From: Clostridia bacterium
GTDB taxonomy: Bacteria; Bacillota; Clostridia; Christensenellales; Borkfalkiaceae
DNA length: 57,140 nt
Direction of reading: 5' to 3'
NCBI GenBank assembly: GCA_017624815.1
Contig: JAGAMH010000090.1
Coordinates: forward strand, 1 to 57,140
The translations under genes and the position numbers were made by a program. A model generated the notes under the pieces. That model did no database searches. It was not told the DNA's origin and saw only the letters and a program-made list of their open reading frames with translations. Of this stretch, positions 53,713-57,140 are shown piece by piece; the stretch's first letter is position 1, and each line of letters starts with the position of its first letter.

Positions 53713-54735
53713 ATGAACGATTGGATTTTAGTTGGGACTGCGTCCCTTAAAAAACAAAATCAGCAAGAAAGCACTATCGCCCCCTTAGAAGTTAAGGTAA
53801 AAGTTACGCACGTAATGATTTCCAACTTCGATTCGCTCGTATACGGCGGCACTATTAAAGCCGACTACCCCGTAACCGTGGGCCGTTTTGCCATTGGTAT
53901 AGTTACCGAAGTTGGTAACGACTGCTACGGCATAAGCGTTGGCAATCGCGTGTATTTTCAACCTGCAAAGGGTTGCGGAAACTGTTTTGCTTGTAAGAGC
54001 GGAAAGCACTCGCGCTGTTCCGACGTTAAAATTGCCGGCAAAAACTTTAACGGTTATTTACGCGATTTCGTAGTTTGCGATTATCACGACGTTACCGTTT
54101 TACCCGACTCGGTAGACGATTTCCACGCGCTCTGCATTGAATACGTTGCGTTGGCGGAAAAAATTTACGATAGGCTTAATCTTTCGGCAGGGCAAAGGGT
54201 TGCCGTTTTCGGCGGAAGATTTTTGGGCAATATTATTGCTCAAGTTTTGCAATACCATAAAATTATTCCCCTATTAATCGACAACAACGAAAAGAATTTA
54301 AAAAGGGCGAGCGAAGTTGGCGTAAGCTACGCGCTGCGTGCCGACGACGACCTTTACGCAAACGTGAACGAAGCTACTTGCGGACAGCTTTGCGACGGAG
54401 CGGTTTATAACACTTCTTCTAAAATATCCCCTTCCGTTTGTACGGCTATTTTGGCAAACGAAAAGGATATGGTTTTGGGCGGTTTTTCTAACGTGAGCTT
54501 TTCTATTAACGCGCAAGATATTATTGAAAAACAGCTTTCCGTTTACGGCATATCTAACGGCTACGGCTACATTGACACGGCTATTAACATGCTATTACAC
54601 GGCGCGGTAAATTTAGCTCCGTTTGAAAAGCACGTATTATCCGACTTTGATCCTAAACAGATTTTAGCCGACAAATTTGCAACGGCAAGTAGCCCCAACT
54701 ACCCCGGAATGACTATATTTAAAATGATTTTATAA
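53713..54735 (+). CDS. Medium-chain (zinc-type) dehydrogenase/reductase family protein, atypical
   Basis: Structural-zinc loop CGNCFACKSGKHSRC is present. The usual catalytic C..D / GHE ligand positions read HVMISNFDS and GRFAIG. The nucleotide-binding motif is degenerate (FGGRFLG). Confidence 0.7.
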   Translation: MNDWILVGTASLKKQNQQESTIAPLEVKVKVTHVMISNFDSLVYGGTIKADYPVTVGRFAIGIVTEVGNDCYGISVGNRVYFQPAKGCGNCFACKSGKHSRCSDVKIAGKNFNGYLRDFVVCDYHDVTVLPDSVDDFHALCIEYVALAEKIYDRLNLSAGQRVAVFGGRFLGNIIAQVLQYHKIIPLLIDNNEKNLKRASEVGVSYALRADDDLYANVNEATCGQLCDGAVYNTSSKISPSVCTAILANEKDMVLGGFSNVSFSINAQDIIEKQLSVYGISNGYGYIDTAINMLLHGAVNLAPFEKHVLSDFDPKQILADKFATASSPNYPGMTIFKMIL

Positions 54736-54740
54736 ATAAA

Positions 54741-54778
54741 AGCCCACTTTGTTTAAAGCATAGTGGGCTATACTTTTG
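54741..54778 (+). terminator. Terminator after the dehydrogenase gene
   Basis: Stem AGCCCACT / AGTGGGCT, 13-nt loop, followed by ATACTTTTG. Confidence 0.55.
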
Positions 54779-54838
54779 CTATAAATAAAAAACCGTAATA
54801 AAAGCCCCAGTTATAGGGCTTTATTTTTTGTTTTGGTA

Positions 54839-54867
54839 TTGACATATACGCGGCGGCGTGATATACT
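54839..54867 (+). promoter_or_regulatory. Consensus promoter with extended -10
   Basis: TTGACA (54839-54844), 17-bp spacer, TGaTATACT (54859-54867). Confidence 0.65.
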
Positions 54868-54893
54868 TTTATTATAAAAACAAGGAGTTTAAT

Positions 54894-55310
54894 ATGTATT
54901 TACGTTCTTTAATTAACCGTTATAAAAACCTTTCTTACTCTTCTCTTGAAAACGAAGCTGGCGCAAATTATAAAAAACTTTTGGAGCATATGTTAACTAT
55001 AACTGACCGCGAAAAAGTAAACACTTTGCTTATAGGTTCTATTTTTACCTCCGTTGCAGTAAACGGCAAGTTTTCCGATAAAGAATGGCAATTTGTTTCT
55101 AGCTTTATAGGCGGATACACTTACGACAGCGCGTTTGACGTGGCAAGCGAATTTTACAATGCGGAAGCGCAAGATATAGTTTGCAAGCTTTATCGCTCCT
55201 TCCCTGCCGACGTTGCAGAAGCGTTTTTAAGATTATGTGTTGCAGTGTTATGCGTAGACGGTAACGTGGACGATAAGGAAATGACTTTCTTAAAACAAAT
55301 TACGGGCTAA
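54894..55310 (+). CDS. TerB-like (DjlA-N/TerB family) protein
   Basis: SVAVNGKFSDKEWQFV and LCVDGNVDDKEMTFLKQI match the paired DG-x-hydrophobic-x-x-E motifs of TerB domains. Start moved to ATG 54894 (AAGGAG ribosome-binding site) because the track's GTG 54858 lies inside the -10 element. Confidence 0.6.
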   Translation: MYLRSLINRYKNLSYSSLENEAGANYKKLLEHMLTITDREKVNTLLIGSIFTSVAVNGKFSDKEWQFVSSFIGGYTYDSAFDVASEFYNAEAQDIVCKLYRSFPADVAEAFLRLCVAVLCVDGNVDDKEMTFLKQITG

Positions 55311-55317
55311 AAATGTA

Positions 55318-55344
55318 ATAGCAAGTGCTAACGGCACTTGCTAT
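55318..55344. terminator. Bidirectional terminator
   Basis: 11-bp stem ATAGCAAGTGC / GCACTTGCTAT, loop TAACG, T-run downstream, between convergent genes. Confidence 0.85.
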
Positions 55345-55351
55345 TTTAATT

Positions 55352-55849
55352 TTATAAAGCTTTAAAGCTAAACTTTCCGTTTTCGTAAAGAATATAGCCG
55401 TGGTTGGAATTTTCTTTGGGAAGCGAGGTTGAGCCGGGGTTTAAATGTCTGTAACCTAAATTTTCGTCTACGGGAACGTGAGTGTGCCCCGTTACGTAAA
55501 CGTCGGTGGGCAATAAGGGTAAAACTTCTCTGTGTCCGTGGGAAAAATAAATATTAACCTCGCCGTCGGAAATTACGCCGTATTCACATAAAATGGGGAA
55601 CGGCAAAACCATTTGATCTACTTCGGCGTCGCAATTGCCGCGAACGCAGAGTATTTTTTCTTTAACGGAAGAAAGCAATTCCACTACCTTTGGGGGATTA
55701 TATTCGTCGGGTAATGGGTTGCGCGGTCCGTGATATAAAATATCGCCTAGCAAAAGTAACTTTTGGGGATTTTCTTTATTTACCACGTCTATAAGTTTTT
55801 TACACCAATACGCCGAGCCGTGAATATCTGACGCTATAATTATTTTCAT
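55352..55849 (-). CDS. YfcE/MJ0936-family metallophosphoesterase
   Basis: IIIASDIHGS, LLGDILYHGPRN, VRGNCD and TGHTH motifs. Confidence 0.9.
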   Translation of the reverse strand: MKIIIASDIHGSAYWCKKLIDVVNKENPQKLLLLGDILYHGPRNPLPDEYNPPKVVELLSSVKEKILCVRGNCDAEVDQMVLPFPILCEYGVISDGEVNIYFSHGHREVLPLLPTDVYVTGHTHVPVDENLGYRHLNPGSTSLPKENSNHGYILYENGKFSFKAL

Positions 55850-55880
55850 TTTTATTCTCCGCTTATTTGATTTTAAAAAT

Positions 55881-55909
55881 ATAATAACAAAAATTAAAGA
55901 CTATGTCAA
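55881..55909 (-). promoter_or_regulatory. Promoter of the phosphoesterase gene
   Basis: Minus strand TTGACA (55909-55904), 17-bp spacer, TATTAT (55886-55881). Confidence 0.55.
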
Positions 55910-55970
55910 TTAACGAACGAAGCCCGTTTGCATTAAAGCAAACGGGCGTTTAATCGTTTTTAACTCTTTA

Positions 55971-56204
55971 TTAGGTCATAGCAAAAGCTTTGCCGCGTAA
56001 GATAACCAAAATGATATCTACTAACCACATAAAAGCTGCACCAGGAACTATGGTTAATACACCAATAATAGTCCAAAGAATACTACCCTTTGCAACGCCG
56101 TTGATAACGCGGCCAACCGACCAAACTATATCTAAAACGGGAATACAAAGTATAATTTTAACGAGCCAAGGTAAGCCGTTTAAATCTTTAACGATGCCTT
56201 TCAT
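55971..56204 (-). CDS. Small membrane protein with two to three TM helices, unknown function
   Basis: 77 aa, hydrophobic, AAAGGAG ribosome-binding site. A hairpin GCCCGTTTGC / GCAAACGGGC lies downstream at 55922-55948. Confidence 0.55.
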   Translation of the reverse strand: MKGIVKDLNGLPWLVKIILCIPVLDIVWSVGRVINGVAKGSILWTIIGVLTIVPGAAFMWLVDIILVILRGKAFAMT

Positions 56205-56237
56205 ATAAAATCTCCTTTTTTTCGTTTTATTACTTAT

Positions 56238-56265
56238 ATTATAACATACGGATAAAAAATGTCAA
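56238..56265 (-). promoter_or_regulatory. Promoter of the 77-aa membrane protein gene
   Basis: Minus strand TTGACA (56265-56260), 16-bp spacer, TATAAT (56243-56238). Confidence 0.5.
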
Positions 56266-56287
56266 TACCCAAATTTAAATTTTTCCA

Positions 56288-57140
56288 TTAATTGCCTTCG
56301 GGTTGTTCTTCCAAACCCTTAGAAAGCTCTTTTTGCTCTTCGTTAAACTTATCGGCGCTTGCCTTTTGCTTTTTGGTCGTTTTAATTTCGGGCGTGCTTG
56401 CGGTGTTTATAACCACTTGAGGATAGGATATGTCTATTCCGTTTTCCGTTAAGAGCATTCTGTATTCGCGCATTAAATCACGCTGAACTTGGAATCTATT
56501 CTCTTCTGCGCAAGTTGCAACTATTTTTATAGTAACGTTAGAATCTTTATACATGCACACGCCTTTATAGTAAGGACCTTCGGTAATGGCGGGAATGCGA
56601 CTGCGGATTCTATCTAAATTTTTATCAATTAAATTTTCGATAAATTCAAGGGGTACGTCGTAGGGGAAATCACAGTCTACTACCGCAAGGGAAGGCTCGC
56701 GCGAAAGGTTTACGATATTTGCAATATCGTTGTTATTTACTATTTTTATATTGCCTGCCGCATCCAAAAGTTTGGTAGAACGCACGCCTATTTCCATAAC
56801 CGTTCCGCGGAAGTCGTCGATAGAAACTATTTCGCCTACGTTGTATTCGTTTTCAAATATAATAAATATACCTGCAATAATGTCGGCAATAAGCGGTTGT
56901 GCGCCAAGACCTACGACTAACGTCAATACGCCAACGGAGGCGATTAACGCGGTAGTATCTACGCCGCAAGCCTTTAAAATTAAAATTATAATAGCTATTG
57001 CACAAGCGTATTTTATAAGCCCGTCTATTAAAACGAGAACAGTTTTTGCCCTGTTGTTCTTTTCCATGCGGCGCTTAAATATAATTCTTAAAATGCGGCA
57101 TACCGCGTAAACGAGAACTATGTAAATTAAGCTTTGAATA
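56288..57140 (-). CDS. MscS-family mechanosensitive channel, 5' end outside the window
   Basis: Pore helix plus beta-domain signature (GAQPLIADIIAGIFIIFENEYNVGEIVSIDDFRGTVMEIGVRSTKL). The frame stays open from ATG 57067 up to the window edge (hand translation IQSLIYIVLVYAVCRILRIIFKRR), so the true start probably lies beyond 57140. Confidence 0.8.
   Translation of the reverse strand, partial: IQSLIYIVLVYAVCRILRIIFKRRMEKNNRAKTVLVLIDGLIKYACAIAIIILILKACGVDTTALIASVGVLTLVVGLGAQPLIADIIAGIFIIFENEYNVGEIVSIDDFRGTVMEIGVRSTKLLDAAGNIKIVNNNDIANIVNLSREPSLAVVDCDFPYDVPLEFIENLIDKNLDRIRSRIPAITEGPYYKGVCMYKDSNVTIKIVATCAEENRFQVQRDLMREYRMLLTENGIDISYPQVVINTASTPEIKTTKKQKASADKFNEEQKELSKGLEEQPEGN

Noticed and set aside
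54858-54893. GTG start of the 150-aa version of the TerB-like ORF
   Set aside because: The GTG sits inside the TGaTATACT -10 element of a consensus promoter. ATG 54894 has an AAGGAG ribosome-binding site at correct spacing.
1-57140. Search for tRNA, rRNA, CRISPR arrays, transposases, integrases, toxin-antitoxin pairs or known defence genes
   Set aside because: No cloverleaf-like or rRNA-like segments were seen in the intergenic regions. There are no regularly spaced direct repeats and no recombinase or transposase motifs in any frame. The intergenic spaces are accounted for by promoters, operators and terminators.

Overview
The window looks like a chromosomal segment from a low-to-moderate GC Gram-positive anaerobe (Clostridia-like). 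The evidence is near-consensus TTGACA-17-TATAAT promoters, GGAGG-type ribosome-binding sites, AddAB, Rex, NiaR, NrdDG, rubrerythrin, rubredoxin and a flavodiiron protein. Most of it is densely packed housekeeping, mainly on the minus strand. Identifiable units are the feoA / feoA-feoB-Cys-rich peptide iron uptake locus, nadB-nadC-niaR-sdaA, rubrerythrin, addB-addA, fprA-rubredoxin, an APC permease, a LUD / response regulator / histidine kinase / HAD operon, an SNF transporter, DegV, glk-rex, nrdD-nrdG-dut, a DtxR-like regulator, a GH3 glycosidase, rpmE / DUF1385-prmC / prfA, an MDR dehydrogenase, a YfcE phosphoesterase and a partial MscS channel. I found no rRNA, tRNA, CRISPR array, transposase, integrase or recognisable known defence system. 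Three stretches look accessory or uncharacterised. (1) 1-2400 is a visibly more AT-rich two-gene operon: a zinc-ribbon array protein with an embedded DUF559/Vsr-like nuclease fold, cut short by an in-frame TGA at a conserved Trp codon, followed by a possible PD-(D/E)XK partner. (2) 2583-7268 is a co-directional cluster of three family-less proteins plus a Nudix hydrolase, ending in a 951-aa LRR/coiled-coil protein with no signal peptide. (3) 16146-19516 encodes a 996-aa polytopic membrane protein with a Rossmann-like core and a C-terminal RyR (ryanodine-receptor type) domain, apparently co-transcribed with a 3-TM miniprotein. I consider these the best candidates for an undescribed system, but I cannot assign a function to any of them from sequence alone. 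Two short genes are missing from the ORF track: a FeoB-associated Cys-rich peptide and a rubredoxin. Other points of interest are duplicated promoter/NrdR-box modules, palindromic operators in the feo locus, a DUF1385-PrmC fusion and a domain-permuted GH3. All family assignments come from motif recognition by eye; no database search was run.
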